Part shown: piece after piece, positions 30,001 through 40,937 of the stretch
How the letters are laid out: each line of letters starts with the position of its first letter
How positions within the stretch are numbered: position 1 is the first letter of the stretch
NCBI GenBank assembly: GCA_040954595.2
Contig: CM082590.2
Span: 2,666,001 to 2,730,000 of the forward strand
DNA: 64,000 nucleotides
From: Balanoglossus misakiensis
Taxonomy: Eukaryota > Animalia > Hemichordata
Direction of reading: 5' to 3'
Notes under the pieces: generated by a model
What the model was told of the DNA's origin: nothing
The model's input: the letters and a program-made list of their open reading frames with translations, nothing else
The model's database searches: none
Position numbers and translations under genes: made by a program

Positions 30001-31726
30001 TGCTTCCAAACAAAGCATCGTTTGTTTACAAAATTCTGTTGTGATGCGCAGAACACATAGAGAGGCCTATGCGCATAAGAACGTTTTCCACTAGACTCTG
30101 TATATCGACGGATAGTTCTAAAATTTCCATGGTTGCTTCCAAACACATCCTCGTTTGTTTACAAAATTCTGTTGTGATGCGCAGAACACATAGATAGGCC
30201 TATGCGCATTGGAAATTTTTCCACTAGACTCCGTAGATCGACGGATAGTTCTAAAATTTCCATGGTTGCTTCCAAACACATCCTCGTTTGTTTACCGAAT
30301 TCTGTTGTGAGGCGCAGAACACGTAATAGGCCTATGCGCATAAGAAACTTTTCCACCAGACTCTGTAGATCGACGGACAGTTGTAAAATGTCCATGGTTG
30401 TTTCCAAACAGCCTCGTTTATTTACAGAATTATGTTGTGATGCGTAGAACACATACATATGCCTATGCGCATAAGAAATTTTTCCACTAGACTCCGTAGA
30501 TCGACGGATAGTTCTAAAATTTCCATGGTTGCTTCCAAACAAAGCATCGTGTGTTTACAAAATTCTGTTGTGATGCGCAGAACACATAGAGAGGCCTATG
30601 CGCATAAGAACGTTTTCCACTAGACTCTGTAGATCGACGGATAGTTCTAAAATTTCCATGGTTGCTTCCAAACACATCCTCGTTTGTTTAAAAAATTCTG
30701 TTGTGATGCGCATAATACATAGATAGGCCTATGCGCATAAGAACGTTTTCCACTAGACTCTGTAGATCGACGGATAGTTCTAAAATTTCCATGGTTGCTT
30801 CCAAACAGCCTCGTTTATTTACCGAATTCTGTTGTGAGGCGCAGAACACGTAATAGGCCTATGCGCATAAGAAACTTTTCCACCAGACTCTGTAGATCGA
30901 CGGACAGTTGTAAAATTTCCATGGTTGTTTCCAAACAGCCTCGTTTATTTACCGAATTATGTTGTGATGCGTAGAACACATACATATGCCTATGCGCATA
31001 AGAAATTTTTCCACTAGACTCCGTAGATCGACGGATAGTTCTAAAATTTCCATGGTTGCTTCCAAACAAAGCATCGTTTGTTTACAAAATTCTGTTGTGA
31101 TGCGCAGAACACATAGAGAGGCCTATGCGCATAAGAACGTTTTCCACTAGACTCTGTATATCGACGGATAGTTCTAAAATTTCCATGGTTGCTTCCAAAC
31201 ACATCCTCGTTTGTTTACAAAATTCTGTTGTGATGCGCAGAACACATAGATAGGCCTATGCGCATTGGAAATTTTTCCACTAGACTCCGTAGATCGACGG
31301 ATAGTTCTAAAATTTCCATGGTTGCTTCCAAACACATCCTCGTTTGTTTACCGAATTCTGTTGTGAGGCGCAGAACACGTAATAGGCCTATGCGCATAAG
31401 AAACTTTTCCACCAGACTCTGTAGATCGACGGACAGTTGTAAAATGTCCATGGTTGTTTCCAAACAGCCTCGTTTATTTACAGAATTATGTTGTGATGCG
31501 TAGAACACATAGATAGGCCTATGCGCATTGGAAAGTTTTCCACTAGACTCCGTAGATCGACGGATAGTTCTAAAATTTCCATGGTTGCTTCCAAACACAT
31601 CCTCGTTTGTTTACAAAAATCTTTTGTGATGCGTAGAACACATAGATAGGCCTATGCGCATTGGAAAGTTTTCCACTAGACTCCGTAGATCGACGGATAG
31701 TTCTAAAATTTCCGTGGTTGCTTCCA
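1..31726. repeat. Satellite array 1, ~130-134 bp monomer, ~240 copies, with higher-order repeats; runs off the left edge
   Basis: The unit CCAAACAGCCTCGTTTATTTACCG...CCATGGTTGCTT recurs head-to-tail (1-130, next starts at 131). Identical ORFs recur at offsets 1189, 1976, 3427, 6984, 527 and 1056 bp. The array ends abruptly at ...GCTTCCA (31726). Confidence 0.99.
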
Positions 31727-32099
31727 GTCTAATTAATTCAGATAAAAAGAATTGACACATTATGATGTAAATATTTATAAAAGTAGTAATAATGTAAGAG
31801 ATAACCATAATTCAAAATTCATTAAATTCTAATGTAATTTTAAAGTTTTGTTTTAAATTTTTCATGACAAAAATAAGCATATCAAGTGACATGTTTAATA
31901 GTGAAAAAAACGTGAATGTCACAAAATCAACAATCATCTAAAGAAATTAACACTGATTCCTCTTTTCCATCACACTGTATCAAAAACTCCTACCAAAAGT
32001 ACAGTATTATTTAAACCACAAATAAGAAAAATCTCCTTATTATGACTTGTCAGATTATTAGGTGACAGACAGGAGTTGGCAGATGCTGGAGGCCGGGAG

Positions 32100-32909
32100 A
32101 AAATCATCCTATCTTATCTGCTCCAGATCGCTTTGAATATTCTCCTAATCCTGATGTACATGTATCAGATCAATCTTGTATGTTACTAATTGAACAATTT
32201 GTTCTTCGGTATAACAGAACCAGTTGAATACTCAAAGTCATGCAAAGGGTAAGACAATATCTCTTCTCCAGAAAGTCAAGGGTTCTTGAGAATATTCCTT
32301 CTACACAGGCAGCTCTAAAAGAACATGTGCTATGAGAAACCTAGCAAAGCTATATCAAACCAACAGAATCCCATTGGAAATCAAGTTGGAAAACTCTTAG
32401 TCAAGCCCAAGAAAAGAGCCAACCTCAGGAAATCAGTTGTAAAAAGTAATGCACATGTTCCTGTAGGTGCTTTAGGTCTAGTCTGACAGCAGTGCTCTTT
32501 GTTACTGTAAAGGAGAATGTCATCAAGATTGATCTGATACATGTACATCAGAATTAGGATAATATACAGAGGAATGTATGGAAGCAAGTATGTTTTACAA
32601 CCCATATTCCTGTTTCTGAGTGTTACAATTGACCAAAAAGTGCCAATAATGGGAGAAAAGTGTGAATGTCAGTTTCTGGCCGCTATTTTGGGATCCATAT
32701 TGGAAAATGTCCGCCATGGGTCAATGAATAATTGTACCAAATTTCATGCTTTTAACCCAAAGTGCACGATTTTAAAGTTTGAATATCTGTTTCTGGTCAC
32801 TAGAGGGCTGTGTCATTTTAGATCCATATCAGAAAATGGCCGCCATAAGTGTACCAAGTTTCATGCTTTTAACCCAAATTGCACGATTTTTGGGTTAACT
32901 GCCCCACTA
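32100..32909 (+). mobile_element. Right-end remnant of an Academ-like DNA transposon (left boundary uncertain)
   Basis: The transposase remnant is followed by a duplicated subterminal block TGTACCAA(A/G)TTTCATGCTTTTAACCCAAA.TGCACGATTTT (~32732 and ~32849) and a terminus ...GCCCCACTA at 32909. Academ ends are typically TAG...CTA. Confidence 0.6.
32185..32350 (+). pseudogene. Degenerate C-terminal fragment of an Academ-type transposase
   Basis: Translates as IEQFVLR.YNRTS...VRQYLFSRKSRVLENIPSTQAALKEHVL*ET*Q, with in-frame stops. It resembles the recalled Academ motif LERFV..LYDRTS...AR..LF....R.LENIPPT.AAL..H..RA.YQ. Confidence 0.65.
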
Positions 32910-33541
32910 CAAGGAGAAGTGCAGACTGAAATGCAGTGATTGTCAATGTTGTAAATGTATGTGTTGTTGTTGTTTGTTAAAATGTCAGGTTTTTGTAGAA
33001 TTGATGTTTAACAACTTAGCTACTTTGCATGTTAAGCAAGGAGTACACTCAGTCATGTGTAGTATGGTAGTTTAAGCTTAGCTTCATTGAGATGTCATGT
33101 CTGGAGAACATTCACTGAGTTTGAATATTTGCTTGTAGTTTTTAGTCATCCAAGAACTTAGTCTGAGGTTGCCAACCTGTCTATCAGATGTGAAGTTAAT
33201 ACCTTAAATAATTACAATGACATTGTTCATTTCTCCTGTATGTGTAAAAATCACATGTAATTTATTCAAAAGCTGACTACAAATCACATAGCACAATGCT
33301 CATTCAAAACAAGATATAATTTTTAAGTTTTAAGTTATAAGGTTTATTTAGTAGAGCATGTTTTGTACATTACATTATTTTTCCAGTTTTGATTGGAAAA
33401 ACTGCATGAAAATACGTGTTCACCGAGTTGCAATGACAGTATTACAGTACATCCATATCATTCCTAATTTTATGTGAGAAAACACTGTTGTTGGTATAAG
33501 TCAGAAACTGACATGAAACTGAATACATATAACTCTTCTTT

Positions 33542-34955
33542 TTTTTTTTTTTTTCATTTCAAAAATACAGGACAAAAACAAAAAAGTCGACAAAGACAAG
33601 AAAAAGAAAGAAACCACAAAAAGAACACTAATCAACGAACAAGTTGACAAAAGCTCCCCATTTTTCTAGATGTATCCCCTGTCTATCATTTGTAGTGGCT
33701 ACATTATCTTCTATTTTATAAATAGATTTCACATATGATTTAAACTGAAGCATGTTTGGCAAAACATTCGGCACTTTACATTTAAAAATATAAGAACGTC
33801 CAATCAAAAGAATGAAATTTGCAAGTTGACTACCCCCCTCATCTATATTACCCAGAATACAGTACATTGCACTTAACCTTAGTGTATTAAGTGTAACAGT
33901 AAAAAACACTCTTTCACTGAAATCCAAAACTGACTAGTATAAATACAATCCCAAAAAAGATGGTAATAATCCTCTACAACATCTTTACAAAAAATACAAA
34001 GTGGGGAGTCAATTATTCGCCATTTGTAAAGCATGCGGTTTGAAGGCAAGATCTTCATTATTAGTTTGTACTGAAAATTCCAAAGCTTAATATCATTTGT
34101 TAATTTGAAAGGAAGCGAAAACACAGTTTTTAAGGAAAATACTTCATCAAAGCTCCTGTGGTGTTTGTAAATTCAGAACAAAAGTGTACATCTCTCTATT
34201 GAGTTTTTTACCAGACAAACAATTGGGATTTCGAAAATTAGGCTTACATACCAGTAGTTTGGATGAGTGTGAATTCTGTACAATATTTTTCCAATCAAGT
34301 GGTATTGCACATAATAACTGAAATTGTGTACAAATATTACCATATATTGTAGTAAACTGCTCATAATTATAAAACTTACAATTAGCATCGATAAGATCAT
34401 TAATAAAAATAACACCATTCCTTGAAAAGTTATTCCACAATAATGGCTTATCACTAATTCGTATCTCAGAATTATTGCAAATTAGTTCTTGGCATACATC
34501 GTCTTTATCAGATACTGTAGTGGTATTATACTGCAGCCATGCTGAATAAATTTGTCTTAAGAAAACAGAATTAATGGGGTTCAAAATATGAAAATCATCT
34601 TTTTTTAAATTGGCATAATACACTTGGGGCCCACTAAAACTGGAAAGAACAAATTTATACAATTTACTACAAAATAAACTGATCCTCAAAAACCAGGCTG
34701 TCTTTAGCGTCAAATTAAAGGCAGGCAAATTTGTCAAATTGAGACCCCCATTTACATATTAATTGTAGATGGTATTCCTCTTAATCTTGTCTCGCTTACC
34801 ACCCCACAAAAAATTGAAAACTAAAGTTTCATACTTTTTAAAGAAGTCATTACCAGGAGATGGTAGAGACATGAAAAGATGAGTAAACTGTGAATTGACC
34901 AAGGATTTTATAATTGTTACTTTCCCATAAAAAGTGAGCCCCCTACCCTGCCATG
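33542..34955 (-). mobile_element. 5'-truncated L1/Tx1-clade LINE insertion
   Basis: Poly(A) tail seen as a T-run at 33542-33554. A 14-bp TSD TATAACTCTTCTTT lies at 33528-33541 and 34956-34969. ORF2 C-terminal motifs are present. Confidence 0.92.
33628..34955 (-). pseudogene. LINE ORF2 C-terminal region (post-RT region plus CCHC zf-RVT), frameshifted
   Basis: WQGRGLTFYGKVTIIKSL...FLWGGKRDKIKR...GGLNL...AW, followed by CIFCKDVVEDYYHLFWDC and ...EKW. It is split over ORFs 34147-34737, 33879-34124 and 33628-33927. Confidence 0.9.
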
Positions 34956-36457
34956 TATAACTCTTCTTTACACTAGTAATTTCTCACAATATTATAATGT
35001 GACTATACCATTGTTATTTGTATTTGATGTACCTGTTCCCAATTGTGAAAAAATAACACTTAGTATACAGTAAATATGAACAAGTTGTTTGGTTTATAGG
35101 GAGGAACCAAGTTCGATTTCCTCAAAAAGGCAAAGAAGCCAATTAAAACAGCGCACCAAACTGTTAAAGGGACAAAGTCTCTCTCTTTTTGCCTCCAAAC
35201 TCCATTAAATACTTACTTCAAATCCATTATTATGACATATAATGACCACACATTGCTTGAAGAATACCCTGAACTACGTTTTCGCCGTTTAGGCTAAAGA
35301 CTGGATTTCTGCCTGGCCTTGGCGCGATTTCGACCGACCGCCATGTTGACCTCCCGCGAAGTGAAAAACTACGCATATTGCGGTTGCGTCACAATGTCAA
35401 CACACACATGTGCTTCAGTCAATGACCTGGTCACGTACGTTCATGACCCTGGATCACAACAATGGAATGCGAGGTAAGTACATATACGAATACTTATAGA
35501 ATTCTGTAAACTAGAGAAAATTAGTAGAGAATGTTTTTTTATGAATGACATTGACATTGACAATGATAAAGAAGGTAAACTTTACGATGTCAGATGGAGA
35601 TGCCGGTGATTTACCGTACATCGCGACGTTCATTTGTTTGTTTTGATTCTTGTTTTCACGTTCCGGGATTTATCTAAATTTTCGCTGAGTATTTACGGTT
35701 TCTTTAGACCGCTTTCTTGTTCCACGGTGCACTGATTTCTATTTCAAATATGACGTGATCACCAGTTGTAAACTCCTAACGAAAATACACGTAAGCATAA
35801 GTACGAGTAGACGCCGGGTTGCACTGGGGTTGCACTACGGTGACATCGACAGCTGGCAGCTAGCTGTAGATGCCGTAATGTACATGAACTAGACCGGATG
35901 CCGATCGGCCCCTATCGAGTACTCATTATCATCTGCTCACGCGCTAATGAACAGGGGGATTATTATTATGAATAGAGCAAGTGCATGCACTTGCACCGGG
36001 GAAAAATATGCATAGAATATTTCGAATTAAAAGTTTGCGAGTCATGCAAACCAAGTGATAAAAAATAGAACCAAGCAGTGGGCTTGAATTTGAATGGCAT
36101 GCATTTACAGGGGATATGCACCATGCCCCATCCCTGTCCAGAAGAAACACAAACTTATTGATTTTCTTAGGGGAGAGATGTTACTGTTTGGGTTAGTGAG
36201 CAAATTTGATTATTTTGGTAGAGGGCAATCATTGTACACGTCTGGATTTTACATGCATATGAATAATGGATTTATGTTCACAAATTTCACCTAATTCATG
36301 AAATTGCATGATTTGCAATATAACTGCAATGTACAAAATTATTTATTACAATTTTTCAATTTAAAATCTTATTTTTTTCCAGACAAGTGAAATAGATAAC
36401 GCAGAAAGAGAATCCAGCCCAAGTACAAATGAAAGAGGTAGAGGACAACGTGGTAGA

Positions 36458-36612
36458 AGTCGAGGCCGTGGTAGGGGTAGAGGTCGAGGTGGTGAGACTG
36501 AGAGAGGAGGAAGTGTTGCAGCTCGGGGGAGTACAAGTCGAGCCGTGGTAGGGGTAGAGGTCGAGGTGGTGAGACTGAGAGAGGAGGAAGTGTTGCAGCT
36601 CGGGGGAGAACA
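36458..36612 (+). repeat. 78-bp coding tandem duplication in KolX exon 2 (second copy 77 bp)
   Basis: AGTCGAGGCCGTGGTAGGGG... at 36458 versus AGTCGAG-CCGTGGTAGGGG... at 36536. It encodes SRGRGRGRGRGGETERGGSVAARG. Confidence 0.95.
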
Positions 36613-37831
36613 AGCCGACGACGTGGAAGGGGTAGGAGGGGTGCAACATCCGTATCTGTTGGAGATGCTGTTGCCCAACTACAACAAAGGAGACAAAGAA
36701 TGGAGGTAACTTTAAAAACATACATTTATTTCATACATATATAAATAAAACAAAACAATAAAAATAGTGCTGTTTGTATCATTCAATGAAATTGTTAACA
36801 ATCTGTCCACAGGCTGCTGTTGAACACATGAAAAACGATGAACTGCAAAGAATGGTGATACAAATGGTTGATTGGCAGCCTGGTTTGATGTTTAATCTCA
36901 TATTCCCAGTAACACTAGAACAGCAGGGATACCACCCACCCTCAGCAACTCAATCACCTGACTGGTGCATTTGCAGTCACTGTCAGCAGATGCCAACAGA
37001 AATGGAGAAAATGTGCTGCGATAAACAGCCACAAAACTGCATCTCAAGATCACCGGTAAGTCAAGTAAGCTTTTGGATTTTAACTTGTACATGAATATAA
37101 TTCTACAAGGACTCACTACTAAACCACTATGAACTGAAAATTTGAACTCTAAGTTAAATTGAACACATTCAGTTCCACTAACCTGGCTACAGTCAAACTG
37201 TACTTCCTGTAACATTTTTGCAAAGTATATCCACAATGGTTTGCATATAGCAAAGCAAAGCTGGTTGTTTGTGTGTTTTTGTCAGAAGTTTTAGAGCCAC
37301 AATATCATAACGTAGGGAGATAATCCAATGCAAACAGTTTGACCTGAAGGGTTGTGAAAAGAGTGCATGTGTTGAGGACGGAACTTTGGAAGAACAGGTT
37401 ACAAACTCAAAGTATACAGAAATATGTATTTGTAACACGATACAGGAATTTATAATTTGTGCATTATGCATATATTGAGACGTCTAGTGTTAGATTCTGC
37501 ATATACCAATACAGAGGTCAGATAAACATTGAAATTTAAAGAGACACTGGAAACACACCACTATTATTCAAAACCTGAGATTGCTTTCTGAAGTCAAGAA
37601 AACAATGATATAAAAATTCCCTTTGGAAGTTGGTGTTGACATCAACACAACTAAATATATATATAAAAAAAATTCTGTGAAGTACTGGTGGCCAGTGCAG
37701 CTTCATTGTCACATTTGGCATGGCAGTGTAAGGAAATCGTCGAGTAGTGTGCTATAGAAAACATCTTTGTTGACAAATTTACAAAATCTTCAGAACAAAA
37801 CATCAATACAAACTGATTATTCTAAAGTTAA

Positions 37832-38174
37832 AGGGACAAAGTCTCTCTCTCGCTGCCCTTTTTCCATTAATTATGTTTGATACAAGACACTATTTATGTT
37901 AATTTACATGTGGATATGAATCAACGCTCAACCACACACACCTTCCATCCCACTTGTATCATGCGAAGTAAAAACTTGCCCAGAATGAATAAATGGTAGA
38001 GACCGTTTATTTATTTTGGTGAGTTTTTCACTCTTGTGTCTACAAGCAGGAATGGGAGGTGTGTTTGGTCGAATGTTGATTCACTATATATCCACATGTA
38101 GAATAACATGAACAATGTCTTGTATCAAGCAAAATCACTGGAAAAGGGCAGTGAGAGAGAGAGACTTCGTCCCT
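37832..38174. mobile_element. Kolobok-family foldback MITE, copy 1 (in KolX intron 3)
   Basis: TTAA at 37828-37831 and 38175-38178. Ends AGGGACAAAGTCTCTCTC...GAGAGACTTCGTCCCT. Both arms resemble 51680-51865. Confidence 0.92.
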
Positions 38175-38325
38175 TTAAAAATGTTACATTTTGGTAAATG
38201 ACAACAGCATGCCATCTATGTCACTGTCAGTAATAAAACTTCAGTGATTACAATATGAGTTGAAAGTCTTGTAAATATTTCATTAAATTTGCTTGTGGTT
38301 TACACTTTATGTGAATGAATGTAAA

Positions 38326-38422
38326 TGTGGACAAAAAACTACTGTAATCTTGAAGGAACAAATCCAGTGTTGCGGGCAAATGGGTCAGGAAATCGGTCCT
38401 GGATCTTCCAGACACAGCAACT
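38326..38422 (-). repeat. Inverted duplicate of the KolX 3' end (partner at 38682-38780)
   Basis: The reverse complement of 38682-38780 aligns over ~97 bp with 6 substitutions and a short A-run difference. Confidence 0.93.
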
Positions 38423-40532
38423 ATAGAGAGGTTTGACTGTAGGCTCTTCCTTTTTTTTTTACATATTATGAACCTAACTTTTGTTATCTTTCTGTCACCA
38501 GGATTTCAATGTGCTTGTGCTCAATGAGGCTGTGTTGGCCTTGGCTAGGACCTACAGGCGAGAAATCTTTGCTACTGATGATGATGATGACAATAACACA
38601 GATAACCGACATGCTGCCTATAGGCAGTATGTCATGTGGCAGTATGGTCGTTTAGGTGCAGGAAACCGTGTGGTCATTCCCAGTTGCTGTGTCTGGGAGA
38701 TCCGGGACCGATTTCCTGACCCATTCGCCCGCTACACTGGATTTGTTCCTTCAAGATTACAATAGTTTTTTTTGTCTACATGTATTTACATATGGAATCA
38801 TTCAGGCAATTCTCTGGTTCGTCTCGATATTTTTTCTTTTACTAGATCAGTTGTTGGTGGTGGTGGTGGTATTTGAGCCAGATGCATGGATATTCTCCTA
38901 GGATCTGTAGTTTCTAGTTCTCTCTTTTTCTTCATTCCTTCTCTATCTTGAAGTCTCTTCTGCAGAATATCTTTTATCAGTGGCCTGATGTAAGGATAGG
39001 ACTTGGCTTCTTTTACTGGAGCGGCGGACCATCTGTTGCTCTTTTTGTTGAATTTTCTGTGGTACCTTTGATTGAAACGCAGTGATCAAAAACTTAGTTT
39101 GTGCAATCATTTTTACTTCACTTACTGTATTGTTTTTATATGCAACAATACCACATGCTGTATGCATGCATTTCTTTTTTACCACGATTTTACACCTTTC
39201 AATTGTTATTTTGAATTTTGTTTTTAAACTGCTTGTCTTTCACAGAATGACATTTTGTTTTCTGCAAAAGCTACATTTTAAAAGTGATTACTGTGGTTAT
39301 ATTAAATGTGTTTTGGCATTCATTTACATTTGAAGATTCTGCAATAAAGTGTTGTTTGGACTCACATTTCTTGACCATCTTTAGTTTTCCTTGTTTCCCT
39401 TTCTAGGTGCGCATTGTGGTCTAAGGCGGCCAAGATATTTCTGGCCCTGTATGCTGGTGGTGAGTAAGCATACCTCTTGGAAGCGTACATTAGAATGTGT
39501 TGTTGGAAAGATTCCAATTCAGCCGTCGATCTGCAGAAGAACAGATAATAAAACTTCTGTTCAGTCTATTTGTCTTCAAATTGGGTAAGACTGCTGTCAA
39601 AGGCAACCAAGTTCATGGCCACAAAAGCCTGTATATGAGACTTACATAAATAAGTATTTGTTGTCATACTACACAATTTGGGTCATGATACCATCTACAG
39701 TGACAAAAAAATATTTTACAACCTATAAAACAAGGATTTTGTTTAGTGACCCTTCTTTTACTTTTAAATGTCAACTACCGGTAACTCATTTCCAAGCTAA
39801 TATTGACAGGTTTCTCGCAAAAATTAGCATTGATTTTGGCAACAAAATGCCACAGGAAATGCCAGAGTATGTATGGCCCTATTTATTGGTGTCTTTTGGC
39901 CAAATGACCAATTTTGTTACCTGAAATTCAGAAGATAGTGGATCTTCTTTAGGAATGCTTTGTCAAACACGACATTTCTCAATGCCAAATGGGCTGCACC
40001 GTTTTTCTTTAAGTAGTTCCTTTCAGCATCCCCAGTATCAGCAAGTGGTCCATGGTCGCATTCCATGGCATTGCTGTTGCCATAGTTCACATGCCATGTG
40101 TGTTCATCTACCACGTGATGTATAACACCACCCCAAATCTCCTGCACAACAACATACAGTCTCTATATCACGATTTTTGATTATATCAGTAAAGTTTACA
40201 ATCCCATAAATCACTATTGCAATAACATGAACTATGACATGTTCAATGCACAGCAAAACAGCAGCAACCAATCCAATTGAATGTTAAAACATGTCTCAAT
40301 ATTTATTATCAAATATTAATTTTTAAGATTACCCTAAGAAGTCTCTATAGTATCACACATTTTAACATCTAGGCTAGCTGATGATAAGTAATACTTACCA
40401 GAAATTTGTCCATATCTGATGCTTTTTGACAACAATACCAAAAGTGGTTCACAATGTGGGTCACCCAATTCAGCAGTGGTTTGCACTCTTTGTTTTGTGC
40501 AGCCTTAAAAAAACACAGAATACACTCATGAT

Positions 40533-40686
40533 TGTGATGTCCGGGGAGGGGTTATTGACAGTCGACAACGACGGAGTTCCACAGAAGTGATGTTTATTGA
40601 ATGACAACCACGCGGGAACTAACAGTTACAGGAAATCACGTATACAGACCATGTGACAATCACGTGATCATGACAATACTATCACA
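40533..40686 (-). repeat. Gypsy 3' LTR
   Basis: Identical to 45395-45548 except for one G/A substitution. AATAAA on the - strand. Preceded on the - strand by a short purine tract GAGGAGA (40687-40693). Confidence 0.97.
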
Positions 40687-40937
40687 TCTCCTCAACTTTA
40701 GAAGAAAACTTGTACTTTAAGTTTACAACTCGCTTTGGAAAGTATGAAATTTGCCAACACTGTCAAATTGTAATGCTTTGTGAATGATCATGTTCTAACA
40801 AACGAAAACAAACAGAACCTTAACCTTAACAAGAACTTGAGAACTTCATAACTAGGAAAATACAAATCTCCAAGAGAAAATTTGCTCTACAGAAACTCAT
40901 TCCATAATGTTTGTGTACAGTCTTATGTCAATATAAT

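Larger units (their letters stand above)
35462..38765 (+). pseudogene. KolX-type accessory gene (~280 aa if repaired): RG-rich N-terminus plus Cys-rich P2X7-ballast-like domain; 1-bp frameshift in exon 2
   Basis: Exons 35462-35473, 36383-36705, 36813-37055 and 38502-38765, all with GT..AG introns. Motifs WCICSHCQQMPTEMEKMCC...NCI and RHAAYRQYVMWQYGRLGAGNRVVIPSCCVWEIRDRFPDP..YTGF. Exon 2 is 323 nt, one short of frame. Exon 1 is the least certain. Confidence 0.85.

Noticed and set aside
1-31726. Dozens of 60-140 aa ORFs, and a possible CRISPR-like array
   Set aside because: The ORFs are translations of the satellite monomer on both strands. There are no unique spacers and no cas genes, and the context is eukaryotic.
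36356-36725. Three overlapping minus-strand ORFs
   Set aside because: They are antisense shadows of the purine-rich RG exon.
36774-38765. Host P2X7 receptor gene
   Set aside because: There are no transmembrane or ATP-binding ectodomain exons, and the domain lies inside transposon TIRs.
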